From NCBI GenBank assembly GCA_030390025.1, contig CM059425.1:176640001-176704000 (forward strand): a stretch of 64,000 nt of DNA, given 5' to 3'. Source of the DNA: Squalus acanthias. Its lineage: Eukaryota. Under the pieces are notes generated by a model. That model saw only the letters and a list, made by a program, of their open reading frames with translations. It did not search any database and was not told where the DNA came from. Shown piece after piece: positions 25,376 to 38,452 of this stretch. Position 1 is the first letter of the stretch; each line of letters begins with the position of its first letter. Both the position numbers and the translations under genes were made by a program.

Positions 25376-27160
25376 GACTGGGAGCAAGTGGTCTAACCAG
25401 AACCACTGAAGTCAGTAGCAAGGCCTTCTCCACTTGCAGCACCACTCTCTGTCACCTCACCAACTTTAAATAACTCTAGAAAGCTGCAAACAGTTCCACA
25501 AACTTACACAGAACCAGTAGAAATCAAAAAGCAAGTTACCGGAAAGTTGGTGATGGTCCCTTTACATACCGCAGGTGGGGGGTCAGTCCTGCTGCTGAAT
25601 GAGGTTAAGAGAGGGCGTTAGCTCCAGCGACGACGATGAAAATGGCTGTGCTGGTGTCAAATCAGCGTTGCACACTGATTGATGTCACAATCTGCCTACT
25701 TACCATTCTTCCAGCACATGCCCCTAACGGTCGCCCTACCACCCTCACCAAGAGGGCAACTGGCGCAGCCCGCATCGGAAGTCCGCGCGCGCTGCTCAGA
25801 CGCCATTTTGGTCCCAATTAAGCACCCGTAGCACCCAAACAACAGGCGCTACACAACCGAATTTTTAGCTCTCAGTGTTCAAAGAAACTCTTCTGCAACA
25901 CTTGTCATCCTGACTTTATAGTACAGTTACCTCATGCAAGTTAACAATGTTGGAATGTCTTGTGATCCACTATAGTTATAATCAGCCAAGTTCCTCAATA
26001 GCACAAATGACTTTTATTCTAATCTTTTGTGTCAGCTCCATGATTATCTCACTACCATTTAAATCAAAAATATATCATTCCTGCATAAAATAATATTATC
26101 CTAAGTTAATGAACAGAAGATGTAACAGGGTGAATTCAACACTCCGAATGTAGAATCACACTCCAAAGAAGCGAAGATTGGAGAAGCAGGGCCATAATGT
26201 TGTAGCTTTATCTAAGGCTTGTACATTGTTCGAGCGTGGCTCCTTGCTGGGTGTGTTGAATTTATTCTAACGTTACATGGCACACATTAAAAATTAAGCA
26301 TGCCTTCTAGGTATAGGATGACATCAGGACAAATCCCAAATATAACACAAGGAATTCAGTTCTATTTTCTCTCCTTGGGGGTAACATTCAACTTCAGCAG
26401 GGCGTAAAACGATTGGGAGCGAAACAGTTGCCCGTTATACAACCTGCCCTATATTCCTTTCCATTAACTTCATTGGAAAGGAATCAGGGCAGGGCTGTAG
26501 AACAAGCAGCCGATCTATAAGCACCCATTTTGTGCCCCTGTCGAAGTTGAATGTTACCCCCTTTGTCCCCTGAAAGTGCTGGCTCACGCTGGGTATTATC
26601 CATGGGAGCATGCTGCCTTCCAGTACCTGATTCAAGTGGTCATTCTTCATCTGTGATAGTTTGTGTCAGCGGGTTACTGATAACAACAGAGCTGGTCCTG
26701 ATCCTGTCCTTATCTAACGTCTACACATACGGTTTCCAGCAGAGATCGCTGGAACAGTTAAGCAGCTGATTTTCTCCCCTCCCTAGTCCAGGGCTGTGGA
26801 GGCCAATTGCAGCATCTCCTGCTGCAACCCAGGATTGAATGACAATCAATCTTGGGATCTTCCTGGTCTGCATGGCTGAGTTCCATATTGTGCACTACAT
26901 TTACCGGCTGAGGCATGTGGGGTACCTGCTCTACAGTTTTGAAAAGCAGAATCGATGGAATACTGTAAGAGGAATAGAGCATCCAAATGGATGCTTTTAG
27001 AGCCTCACTTTGATAAGATCATTGCTTAGTGAAATTTCAAAATCTATTAATTTGTTTATTTATGTTGTAATTTGAAATGCTAAATGATTGGTTTCTGAAA
27101 ATATGCATGAGCCACTTCTTTTCTGTCAACATTAAAAAAAGGAAAAACCTCATGTATTCT

Positions 27161-29705
27161 GGCCATGAAATTCAGCACCTTAGCGCCAGCTAATAAGGCT
27201 GGTTTTGGAGAAAAGCTTCATCCCACTTCCGGCGCGTCCTTAGGTGGCCGCCATTTTCGGCAGGTGGGCAACGTGGCTGTTCCCTGCACTTGCTAGAAAA
27301 ATGGTATTCAGGTCGATCGTAATGTCAATCAGTGTGCAACGCTGATTTGACGCGCGACCTGCCATTTTCGACGTTACAACTCCATTCAACACCCTCTCCA
27401 AATCACAAACAGCTGAACATGTGTTCAGCAGCAGGAAGGAGCTCCCACCAGCGCTATTTAAAGGGATCAGCAACAACTTGCAGCTGACTTTTTTTATTTC
27501 TACTGGCTCTGTGTAAGTTTGTGCAATTGTTTGGAGCTTTCTACAGTTATTAAAAGTTGGTGAGGTGACAGGGAGTGTTGCTGCAAGTGGAAAATGCCTT
27601 GCTTCTGATTTCAAGGGTTCTGCTCAGGCCACTTGCTCCCAGTCAGGGGGCTCCACTTTCAGTCCCCCTTGCGCTGGAGCATGACAGGGAAATGGAGTAG
27701 CGGCAGCAAAGAAGAGGACAAGCTGCTCGCAGAGGGAGGAGGAGGAGGGGCAGGAGGGCTCTCAGCAGGAGGCCTTACCCACCTAGGGTCTTCCAAGAGC
27801 ACTTTTCCTACTGGCACTTAAGCCAGGAGCAGTGTAATTGGAGGCTCCCCTTCACCAAGGAGATGGTCACAGAACTCTGCCACCTCCTGCAACCAGACCT
27901 ACAACTTCAGAGCAGGGCAACGACGGCGCTGCCAGTGGTCGTCAGGGTCACCGTGGCCCTCAATTTTTTCACCACTGGATCCTTCCAGTCTGGAGCAGGA
28001 GACATAGCTAACATCTCCCAGTTCACCGTCCATCGCTGCATCCGGGAGGTCACAGAGGCTCTGTACTCCAGGAGAAGGGACTTCAGGGATCTGTGTTGGG
28101 GCCTCAACTATTCACTGTATTTATTAACAACTTAGATGATGCCTTCATCCTGCGCCAGTCCGTTGTGTCAGCAATCTTCCAGCCACCACGTCGAACCCGA
28201 GGGTGGCTGCTCAGAAACAAGGGCCATCCACTCCACACCTATCATCACACTCCGATTCCAGTGAATGAATCACCAGATCCCCGTTGCTCACCACTTCCCC
28301 ATCTTACCATCCCTCTGTCACGGAACCTCACAGCATACTCCTAGACACAAAGCTGAAATGAGAGCCACCACAAAACAAACACTCTAAGCATAATTTATAA
28401 ATAACTCAAAGCAAAACTACACAACAACGTCAACTAATACCCTTCGTGTCTGTCTTTCGTGTACTTTTGCCTACTCTAGTGCTCGTATGCCATGCTACCC
28501 CAGTGGCTGCAGTGTGGCTGGTGGAAGGCTGCTGACTTTCCATGGGGGACACTGCAGATGGCCTTGCAGGGTGACCTCGAGCAGCTCTGGGCCTAGAAGG
28601 CCCGACTGTAAACTGCACCACCTTGGCATGGGCAGCAGCAGTCTGGGCTGGCTGGCTGACAGGCAGAACCATCAGCAGCTTGTAAGTGAGAAGAGATTGT
28701 GGGATGAGGGGGAAGTGGGATGTGAGAAGGATTAGGTATGAGCCTACCATCATCAGCAATGCTTTCAATCTCACCACTCACCACAGCCTCAGTGACGGCC
28801 CCTCCAATGATCTCCAGCACCTTCTCCTCCAGCTCAGTGAGGTTCTGCAGTCGGGCTTCCCCTCTGCCCGTCTGCTGCTGCTCCCGGCGGTTGTGAGCCA
28901 CCTTTGCCTGCAAGAGAAAAGGAAGTGTGTCAGTGAGTGTGGTGCAATGTGTTTGGGTGATGTGCCTGCCATGGTTGAATAGCTGGCAGTGTGTGCAAGG
29001 TGTGAGATGTGGGTGTGAGTCTTGCAGCAGTATTAAGTGTGTGAGGGTGAGGTGAAGCTATGAGTGAGGTATGAGTCGTGATTGATAGAGATTGTTGGTA
29101 GATGGGGGTGTGGTGCATTGAGCAGTGTGTGAGGCTAGTGGTACAGTTGGTGGGATATGGCATTTGAAGATACTTTCACCCACCTTGACCATTCGTGTGA
29201 GGTCATTAAACTTCTTGCGGCACTGGATCCTGGTCCTGGGGGCAACATATAAAGCACGGACGGCTTGTGCTATCTCCTCACACTGCCTTCTGGCGTGTTG
29301 CCTGGAAGGCCTCCTGCCCCCCTGCGGACCTGTCTTCTTCTGTGCAGCCCCAAAACCAAAGCCTCCACTGCTGCAGCTGAGAGCCTCCTTGCCCTCTCTA
29401 TTCCCAGTTGAGCCATGGCTTCAGAGTGACAATGAGGTGCTTCTGCAACAAAGCACCTCCCCTTTAAGTAGTGCAGGGAGCCTAGACAAAAATTATATTG
29501 GCCAGTAGACTGCACCCGATATTGGCCCCCCTGTTGAGCGCTAAGCCAACCAGCAGCATGTTAAGCGTGAGATCAAGGCTCTAATCATTATAATGAGCAG
29601 GCAACATGAATTTTGCATGCTGCCTGCACCACTTTGAATGGGCGTGGGCACATAGCATTTCAAGCTCCCCGCGCCCGTTTTTCAGCTTAATCGAATTTCA
29701 TCCCC
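27161..29705. mobile_element. Internally deleted Harbinger element
   Basis: TIRs GGCCATGAAATT / GGGGATGAAATT (rc), TSD TCT. Transposase remnants on + (27641-28266), Myb remnants on - (28435-29417). Confidence 0.9.
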
Positions 29706-31238
29706 TCTGTCTTTAAGTGTCATTTAGTAAGGAGTGCTGGCTGATGAATCAATTCATATTCAAAGGAGGTATCAAGCAGGAAAACCATCTGCCTGGTGTC
29801 AGAGAACCTACTCAGCAGATGGCATCTACGAATTATTCTGACTGATGTCCTTTTGAAAACTGATGTCAGTCAGCTGCATGATGTCCAGTATTAGCATAGG
29901 AACATTGCAGGAATATTCTTAATTGCTTAAATATTTTGGCAAGAATAGAAAGACCTTTCCGATGTTGATTTTATTTATGTGGAGCTGTTTTAATTAAATG
30001 GTTTGGAACAGTTTAAAGTATGTAGATATACAACTTTATACTTGGCAAGTCATGGAAAACTTTATAGGAGTAACTTGCTCACCCTTTCCCCCCCACAGAC
30101 CCTTATTTCCCTCCTGAAGCATTTGTGACTTTTTGTTGGCATTGTGAATTTTTGAAACCGTCTAATCTGCCAATGACCTGCTTACATAGAATTACATAGA
30201 ATGCTATCGCATGACATAGAATTTACAACACAGAAATGGCATTCGGCCCAATTGGTCTGAGCCACTTCTTTGGATTCAGGGATCTCTTGTAGTCTGTGTC
30301 CTGCCTATGTAACCCTCTGTAGCTAAGAAGAGGAGGCAGCTCTATCAATATCCATGGCTACTGTGTTCTGTGTGATTATGTAACTGCACAATAATAACAG
30401 GCAATTTAGTGAGGTACACACAACTGTATGGAAATGAATGGATCAGTATCGCTACACGTGCTATTTGATGTGTGATTTTGTAATGGCACAAGAATAGGTG
30501 GCAATGAGTTATGTGCAACCAAATGGAACCCATTAACGGTTATAAGGATAAGTATAGCAATAGCTGATCAAATACTCCAGAGAATGCTATGGTTCCAGTC
30601 TCACTGGGATCATGGAAATGTCATCTGTGGAATGCCCATTTTAAGCGAATTGTAATGTTAAATATTACTGAAATATCTTCGATGGTCAGAAAAAAAATCC
30701 ACAGAACTTTATCTTCTTTACATTTTAGCTATGGTTTTTCACCTCCTCAGGATATTAACCATTTCGATGTCATGGCTGAGTTTACATCTCTGGGTGTTGT
30801 CAAGCTCTGGAAGCTGCCAAAAAAGATTACTTATTGGCAAAGCACCATCTATGTTTGATGTATAAAATGGCATCAACGGAATTGTCCTCCATCCCATGAT
30901 GGCACCGTGGCTAGAGGCACTGCCTGGTGTAGGTCGTAGGGTTTGATTCCTGATTTGTGCTGAGTTTGCTGATCTCAGCTGGAAGCAGCCAGAATGCTGC
31001 AATTGGTCTCAGCCAGGGAAAATTAGCCAAGGTTCCTGTCCCTGATCACCTTTCCATGACCCCTGCATCCATGTGGATATTGGTATGGCCAAATTGGCTT
31101 CTGCTGTGATGGCCTTTGTGGAATCGGACCCAGCTTTGAAGAGAAAAAGAAGAGGAAATAAAAGAGGAAAATGTGTCAAAAGTTGACCTGAGCTTTTGAT
31201 TAGCTGAAAAACAGCTTTTAAGACAGCGAATGAAAATC

Positions 31239-31374
31239 GTGAAACAAATGCAAAATACTGCGGATGCCGGAAATCTGAAATAAAAACAGAAAATGCTGGA
31301 AATACTGAGCGGGTCGGGCAGCATCTGTGGAGACAGAAACAGAGTTAACGTTTCAGGTGGATGACCTTTCATTA
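31239..31374 (-). mobile_element. Short Penelope-like insertion (P2) with mutated hammerhead core
   Basis: TSD GAATGAAAATC. rc CUAAUGA-AAGGUC...ACCU-GAAACGUUAAC. Confidence 0.8.
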
Positions 31375-31812
31375 GAATGAAAATCCTGCTTTTATTACAT
31401 TGCTTTTATCTGCAAAATGGACAGCAGGAGTTCGCTATAAAAGGTTTAAAGCTAGAAAAGATAGATTCGATAGAAAATCAAATTTAAAGAGTTAAGTTAG
31501 ATAGAAAATACGGAACAAAAGAGAATATGGGAAAAGGGAAGACAGAATGATCTGAATGATCTGAATTAAAGTGCAAAATGTCTCGAGCCTCTACACCACC
31601 TGCAGGGCATCACATGCAGCTGTGGCTCATCGTGGGTGCAATGTTCATGATTCTCCTTTCATTGATTTCAATGGAAAATTTGGCTGAAAGTTAAATGTAG
31701 TTTATAGTAAAATAATGATTGTATTTTTAAGTGTTCATTTTAGTAGTGTAAGGTTAATATTACAGAAATAATATACTTATGGCATTTGAGTAGCTTTCTT
31801 TAATGAAATATT

Positions 31813-32470
31813 GAGCTAGATCTTGCAGCAAGTTCAAGGATTAAGAGATACACTGTGAGTTGCGAATCTCCAGAACTTGCTGGTCGATTTACACGGATGA
31901 CATCTCGCCCTGAGCCTCCATTTTATTTGTAAGTACTTGTTGGATTTGTACATTAATTGCCCGTTAAACTCGCCACAGAAAGTTAAGTCTGGTAATTAAC
32001 AGTGTGATAATTGTTAATGTGATGCCAATCATTCTCTCTGACCCTGAAACCGAACAATTTAAACTGTCGAAACTCATTCCATTCAGGTAGCAAATTATTC
32101 TTAGAGATTTTAAAAATGTCAAATTTTAATTTTTTTCTTACTTTTCCTTTCTCTTTATTCTCTCTCTCTTAATCCAATCTTTCTTGCCTCCTCTTTGTTT
32201 TCTTTCTGTACCTGATTTGACTCTAATTCACCCTATTTCCTTTTCAGTCATTCCTCTGTTTCTTTCTCAATCCTTAAATCTCATTGGTTAAGGAGATACA
32301 CTGTTGGTTCCACCATTCACCAAGGTCCCAGATGCCCCATTGCCCTCACTGCACCCTCCTCTCAGTTCCAGGAAGTTACAGCACAAAACAATTTTGAGCT
32401 GAAGGGTGCAGAAAACAGTCTAACTAACAGGTCATGCTGTCAGATACCCCGTTCCAGCAAGGTCCAGCCC
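31813..32470. mobile_element. Harbinger-type MITE
   Basis: TIRs GAGCTAGATCTTGC / GGGCTGGACCTTGC (rc), TSD ATT. Confidence 0.75.
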
Positions 32471-32933
32471 ATTAGTATTTATATTAGTGTCATAGTACGT
32501 AAGCTGGAAATATATAAAATTGGTCAGTCCATAGAGACAGGAATTTCCCTGGAACTGATGGCAGTCCAAGGGGTTAAATGCTGTGAAGAATCCATGACAC
32601 TGCAAATTGTGTATTAATGGAGAATCTTTGATGAGGGCATCTGCTTGTTCCAAGTTTCCTATGTTGTCATCTATTGGGGGTTGCTTTCTCGAGCATGCAC
32701 TGGCAGCAGGCAAAGATTCCCGCCAACAACGCACACTTAGAAATTGCCCCTTGATGTCCTTCTCAACCATGCTGCCAAAATAATGGTGAGTTTAATGCAC
32801 ACACTGTTATTAATGTGTAAATTGTGCAGTATTTTCTGGCGAGGAAGAGATACCCCATGAATTGCAAATCAGGAGAAATTCCAGCTGTATATGTCAATGG
32901 ATATTATGGTACTAAAATACCCTCTAACATCTA

Positions 32934-34598
32934 GGCCGTGATTTTGCTGACCTCGGCGGGTCCGTGGCGGGCGATGTCCGTGGCAGGTCCCGACCCAGCT
33001 GTTGGCTCCAGCCCGGCCTCTGAAATGAATTTACTGTAATGGGGCTTGTTAAGCCCGCCTAGCGCGTTTCCCGGCCAATTAGAGGAAGCGGGTCTGGTGA
33101 CGTCATTTGATGATGCGTCATCAGCCGGTTTCCTTAAAGGGACCATGGCCAACTTTATTTTGACATTTGTGCTGTCAGTGTCCTGCAGCATTGAGGTGCT
33201 TCAAACACTGACACTGACAGAGGTGCAGGGCTGCACCAACGCTCTCCCATGACTCCCTCTATATGCTTATGCAGGGAGTCACAGCATGTAGGGAGGTCCT
33301 CTTCCCTTCTGATGGGCGGAAGAGACCTCCTCAAGACACCAACACAGTCGGGTTGCACATTGCACTGGAGGACACAAGCAGGGATGTGGTCAGGAGGACC
33401 AGGCTGCAGTAGCGCAAACGTTTCAATTATCTCAGTAGATCACGAAACATTAGTACAAAGCCACACTCAACCTGAACCTGCCTTCCCTACCCTACTCCTG
33501 CACATCCTTACTCACACCAAGTTACCTTGCACCTCCATCCATCCTTCTCTCTCTTTCTATATTATCACATCCCCATCTCACTAGCCACCCCTCATTCTCA
33601 CCCTTATCCTAGTGCAATCATGCCAACTAACAACACACAAGGGTAGGCACTTGGGTGTTTTATGCAATGTCCATGTAAAGTTTCTGTTAATGTGGTGTCA
33701 AACATTGAAACTTTTATTTTCAACACTTTGCGTTCTTGAACAGATTTGTGTGCACCTTTGGAAGTGGCTTAGTGAGTTGCAGTGAATGGTGAGACATAAC
33801 GGTACCCCCCGCAATAGTGATAAGTATGAAAGGAATGGCTTGGGCATTGTAGTGAAGTAAATCTGGCCATGCTGGGGCCATCCCTGGCCTCCCGGGCAGC
33901 AATGTTGTCGGGTGCTGATGCCCTGTGTCCTGTGCAGCATCAGTTGCTTGCGGAGAAGGCTGGTGTTGTTGTTGGTGCTGCTGGTGTGCCTGGTGCTGCT
34001 GGTGTTGGGGCTGATCGTGGTGGGATTCTGAGGACCAAGGTGAGAGAGTATAAAGGGCACCCATGCTGATAGAATAGATGGCAGGTGAAGTAGAGATGAC
34101 AGAAGCGATCTGTCAATACTGAGAGAGGTAATGAGGTCAGACTGGATGGCGACTTGTGTAAAGACTTGCAGCATGGTGAATCTGTTGTGGAAATGCAGTG
34201 AGGAAGAGCTTGTGGCTGAGGGAAGATATCTCTGTAAGGTGGGAGCCTTTACTGTATATTTGAAGCTGTCAACTCATCAGCTGATTCAATGGCCACTGAC
34301 CTCCTGCCTCAGCTTCACAGACGTGGTCCAGCAACAGCGTGAAACCCATGGGCAAGCTGTCAAATTCAAAAGGTCAGTTTAAAACCATTGTTAAGTGGCT
34401 GTAAACAAGCCATTAATCTCTTAAATTGGCTCCCCCGCTGCTTCATGTCGGGTCTGCTCAGTGCTCACACACCCGACATTTGGTAAAGGCGCGTGGCGGC
34501 GGGTTCACAGCGGGGTCCCGACCCACTGGGGAAAAAAAAGACTTTCCCACCTGACCTGCCACCGATTGCGCCCACTGACCCCCCGGAAAATCTCAGTC
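32934..34598. mobile_element. Non-autonomous Harbinger deletion derivative, copy 2
   Basis: TIRs GGCCGTGATTTT / GACTGAGATTTT (rc), TSD CTA. Paralogous to 2126-3840. Confidence 0.9.
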
Positions 34599-35799
34599 CT
34601 ATTGTTTTCTTTCAAAGCAAAGCAAATTGCTTCTTCTTTCAGCTTCAGTTTCCAGATCTGCCATATTGGATGAAGCTTAATATGTAAAACATGAAGGGGG
34701 TGAAACTCCTCTTGGGCATATTAAAGACAATGGAAATTAAAATTGGGAGGAGTGTAAAACGGGTTGACGATTCGCAGTCGCCTGTTTTGTGATACCGCCC
34801 AAGATGAATTTCATCATCGAAAAATTCCTGAGACAATTGACAGCCACATATTAAATGCAATAGAATAAGGACTGCAATTAATCCCTTACCCAAGTGCTGG
34901 ATGCCTTTTGAATGTAATATCAAATGTCAAAATAAAAAAAATGATTATTTAAGGTTATTCTACCCAATTTACTTTACGTAAAACTGAAAGAGTAACCATA
35001 TTTTTATTTTGAATGAACCCTTTAAAAATAAAGTAAAACATTTTTACTAGTATATTTGATTAGAATTAGCTTTGCATGAATTAATTGATCTTGGTTAGTG
35101 ATTTAATGGGTTTGTGTCAACAAGTGAGAGCCATGAGCAAGATTCTAGACTGAGCATAGCCTGGAAGAGTCCAAGCTGTTACCACAGCGACAATTTCCCA
35201 GTGTTCAGACAAAGAGGGAAGCTGGTGCTGTCTCTATGGAAATGATTTCAGACAGCACAGAGGCCCAATAAAGATGTCTTAGTGGAATGGATTTTGAAAG
35301 CAGCTTTGCCACTGAATGTGTGTAGTATTCTCTATTTTGTAGGTTATTTTCCACCTTGAGCTATAAAATAATTAGTCATGTTATCCTATACAACACGCTT
35401 AAGCCTAGAAACTACTGTTTTGATATTAGCGTACAAATACTTCAGTTCATATGACTATCCTTTATCTGCTATTTTAACATAGGCATTAAGCCATTTATTT
35501 TAATGGTTCCACTAAAAAAGGGGACAGATGAATATGAGCGCATTAAGCATTTATTCATTAATATTGCCAACAGTGATTTCTAGGCTTTAATAACTTCACA
35601 TTGATTACCTGGCTTGGTAAGTGGAACAGATGTCATACCATTTACTACATGAGTTTAAACAATGGGTGAAGTATCAAGACAGCTGTTGTTTGTGTCAACA
35701 TCAATTTTAGGATTTCATGCTAGAAGCCTGCGATATAATTACCTCCTTAATGTGAAAACAGTAACACTGTTTGACAGTTGAAAGCTTTGCAAACTTTTT

Positions 35800-36031
35800 T
35801 TAAGGGTATGGCATCCTATAATATTACAAAATCATATTATAAAAAGGATATAGAGGCACTGGAGAGGGCGCAAAAAAATTTTACAAGGATGATACCAGAA
35901 CTGCAATGTACTTATTAGGAAAGGATGAACAGGCTGGGTCTCTTTTCCCTTGAAAGGAGAAGGCTGAGGGGTGACCTAATAGAGATATTTAAAATTATGA
36001 AAGGTTTTGATAGAGTAGACACAGAGAGAGT
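35800..36031 (+). mobile_element. CR1 3' fragment; resumes at ~38879-39078
   Basis: LERAQ..FTRMIP..LGLFSLE.RRLRGDLIE. The tail (attctatgta) follows the Harbinger insertion. Confidence 0.75.
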
Positions 36032-36245
36032 GGGCTGAATTTTAACGTGAAGAGCGCGTGGGTTTGGGTGGGCAGTTAAAACCAACAAAATTCAAAATTG
36101 ACAGTGTGTTGGGAAGCCAGCTCCAATCAGCCGACTTCTGCATTTGACTGGAGCGCGTTAGGCTGCGTGTGCACAACCCCCTCGGGAGAGGCGATTTGTC
36201 AATTTCTATATGCTAATCGCTCAATTAGAGCAATATTGACCCATT

Positions 36246-37002
36246 GGGCCGTATTTTCCGATCGGAGGCTTCCTGCGTGCGGAGGCCTTCGATCTGGAAA
36301 AAATCTATGGACTTACCTGAGGGCTCCCGAGGCGCCTACACTTCTGATCCTGGGCCTCTCCAACTCGAAATGTGCAGGGCCCACGTATCCCAGAGGCACA
36401 TGCGGTTCGCAAGCGTCCCTGAGATCACGTGGGCCAGGCCAGCCAATCAAAGAAGGGAATCTCCCTTTATACGCTTGACAGATATACCTGTCAAATATAT
36501 GAATGGAGATCACCCCAAAAACACTTTAAAACATTGAATAAAATTTAAAAATACCATCACATTTTTAAAATTAGTTGAAATTACAATAAATTAAATATTT
36601 TAAACAAAAATTAAATTTTTTTAATAAAAATAATTCAAGTTTTTTACAGGACTAAAAATAAACTTACCTTTTTTTAAAGTATTTTTAAATGATAAATGAG
36701 TGAAAAAATTATTATTTTTTAAAACTTTTTTTTTAAATCTTATGCTGGTAAAAGTAGGCCTTATGCCTGCTTTTACCAGGCGTAAGATTTCTAAGGGTTT
36801 TTCTGCGGGTGGAGGTTCTCCAGAAAGCGGAACTCTCCCCCCGCAGAGGCCCTTCGCCAGGGCAGGCGTCCGATCTGTCAAGAGATTTCTTGACAGATCG
36901 GAAATGCCGGTTTTCAGCGCATGTGCTTGGCATGCCTGAAACCGGCATTTCCAATGTCCCTACGGGTGTGTACACACTCGTAGGGATCGAAATATACGGC
37001 CA
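36246..37002. mobile_element. Harbinger-type MITE nested in a Harbinger subterminal region
   Basis: TIRs GGCCGTATTTTCCGATC / GGCCGTATATTTCGATC (rc), flanks ATT/ATA, AT-rich core. Confidence 0.75.
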
Positions 37003-37262
37003 ATAGTTTTCAGTTTAACATCGGGTCCATGGGTTTCCCGGGCTTCCTGAAACTCGCTTGTGAAAACAAGGTGAGTGCACAGTGACAATTGAGGGGGCTG
37101 AAGCAATCTCAGGCAAAGATGCCAATAAATACTCAGTACTCATAGCTGCTTTCTTACCTGCTAGTGGGAAAGGGTTTGTTCACGATACTTTTGCTGAGAG
37201 ATTACTTTGCACAATTTAGCGGTTACTTTCTACACTTTGGAGGTTTGCTCTATCACATCAGG

Positions 37263-38452
37263 ATGGGTGCTGCTTATGCTGCCTTAGATTGGACCTCAGA
37301 TGAGGACCAAGATGACCAGCAACAGCATCAGCAAAAGCACCAGCAACAGCCTGCTGCTCACAGACCTGTAGCTGCAGAGCAGCGGGAAGACCAGCAGAGA
37401 GAGGACCAGCAGAGAGAGGAGCAGCAGAGAGAGGACCAGCAGAGAGGGGAGCAGCAGAGAGGTGCAGCTCGCAGGAGGTGCTACCCACGAAACAGGGTCT
37501 ACAGTCAGAGGATCAGTTTCCTTGACATGGCTGAACACCAGTGTCTCAGGAGGCTCAGGATATCACATCAGGTGGTGGCAGGCATCTGCAGCCTCCTAGA
37601 AGAAGACCTGCCGCCTGCAGGACCTGGTGGCCATGTGTTACCAGCGGCTGTCAGAGTCACCACCGCCCTCAACTTTTTAACCTCCGGATCCTTCCAGGGC
37701 TCTGCTGCAGACATGTGCAGAATCTCCGAGTCGGCCGTACAGAAATGCATAAGACAGGCGATGATGCCAGTCAGCATGAGCGGGCACTCAGCTTTACGGC
37801 TCTGGCTGGCTTCCCACAGGTACAAGGCGCCATCGACTGCACACATGTGGCAATCCGGGCACCTCCAGAACAACAGATCAACCAGGAGTATTCGTCAACC
37901 ACAAGGGCTTCCACTCCATCAATGTGCAGCTGGTGTGCAACCAAAAAAAGATGTTTCTGCAGGTATGTGCAAGATTCACGGGCAGCTGCCATGACGCTTT
38001 CATCCAGGCTCCCTCACGTCTTCAGACCTGCAAACAGACTTAAGGGCTGGCTGCTAGGCGACAGGGGATACCCACTGCAAACTTGGCTCATGACGCCCGT
38101 CAGAAACCCGGCCACTAAAGCCCAACAATGCTACAATGAATGCCACGTCACCACCAGATGTGTGATTGAACAGACCATTGACATGCTGAAGATGCATCTC
38201 AAGTGCCTGGACAGATCTGGATGTACCCTTCTGTACGCACCAGCTAGGGTCTCCAGAATGGCCATGGTTATTGCGTAACAGCGAGGCTTAGACATGCATG
38301 AGGAACAAGACCAAGAGCTCATCATCCTTGGATGATTCGGAGTGGGAGGAGGAAGAAGAAGAGGAGGAGGGTGATGAGGGCAATGCACCCCCAGCTGCTC
38401 ACATTGCTGCCTGGGATAGCAGGGATTCCCTTATTAATGCAAAGTTCATTTA
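37263..38452 (+). pseudogene. Harbinger DDE transposase (HARBI1-like)
   Basis: VRVTTALNFLTSGSFQ, AGFPQVQGAIDCTHVAIRAP, GWLLGDRGYPLQTWLMTP, YNECHVTTRCVIEQTIDMLK motifs, with deletions and frameshifts. Confidence 0.9.
37375..37460 (+). repeat. 15-bp coding tandem repeat (cagcagagagaggac; QQRED) in the transposase N-terminus
   Basis: About five to six units visible. Confidence 0.85.

Larger units (their letters stand above)
21579..25871. mobile_element. Nearly complete two-gene Harbinger transposon (decayed)
   Basis: TIRs GGCCTAGAAATT / GAGCTAAAAATT (rc), perfect TSD TCA. Myb-like gene on +, transposase on -, convergent. Confidence 0.92.

Noticed and set aside
30589..30858. Short ORF in unique sequence
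   Set aside because: No recognisable domain and no convincing splice donor.
34730..34815. Hairpin as a pre-miRNA
   Set aside because: Imperfect palindrome with TIR-like ends; more likely a tiny MITE.
37263..38452. Domesticated HARBI1 host gene
   Set aside because: Frameshifted, multi-copy and inside TIR-bearing elements. The same applies to the NAIF1/MSANTD-like ORFs.
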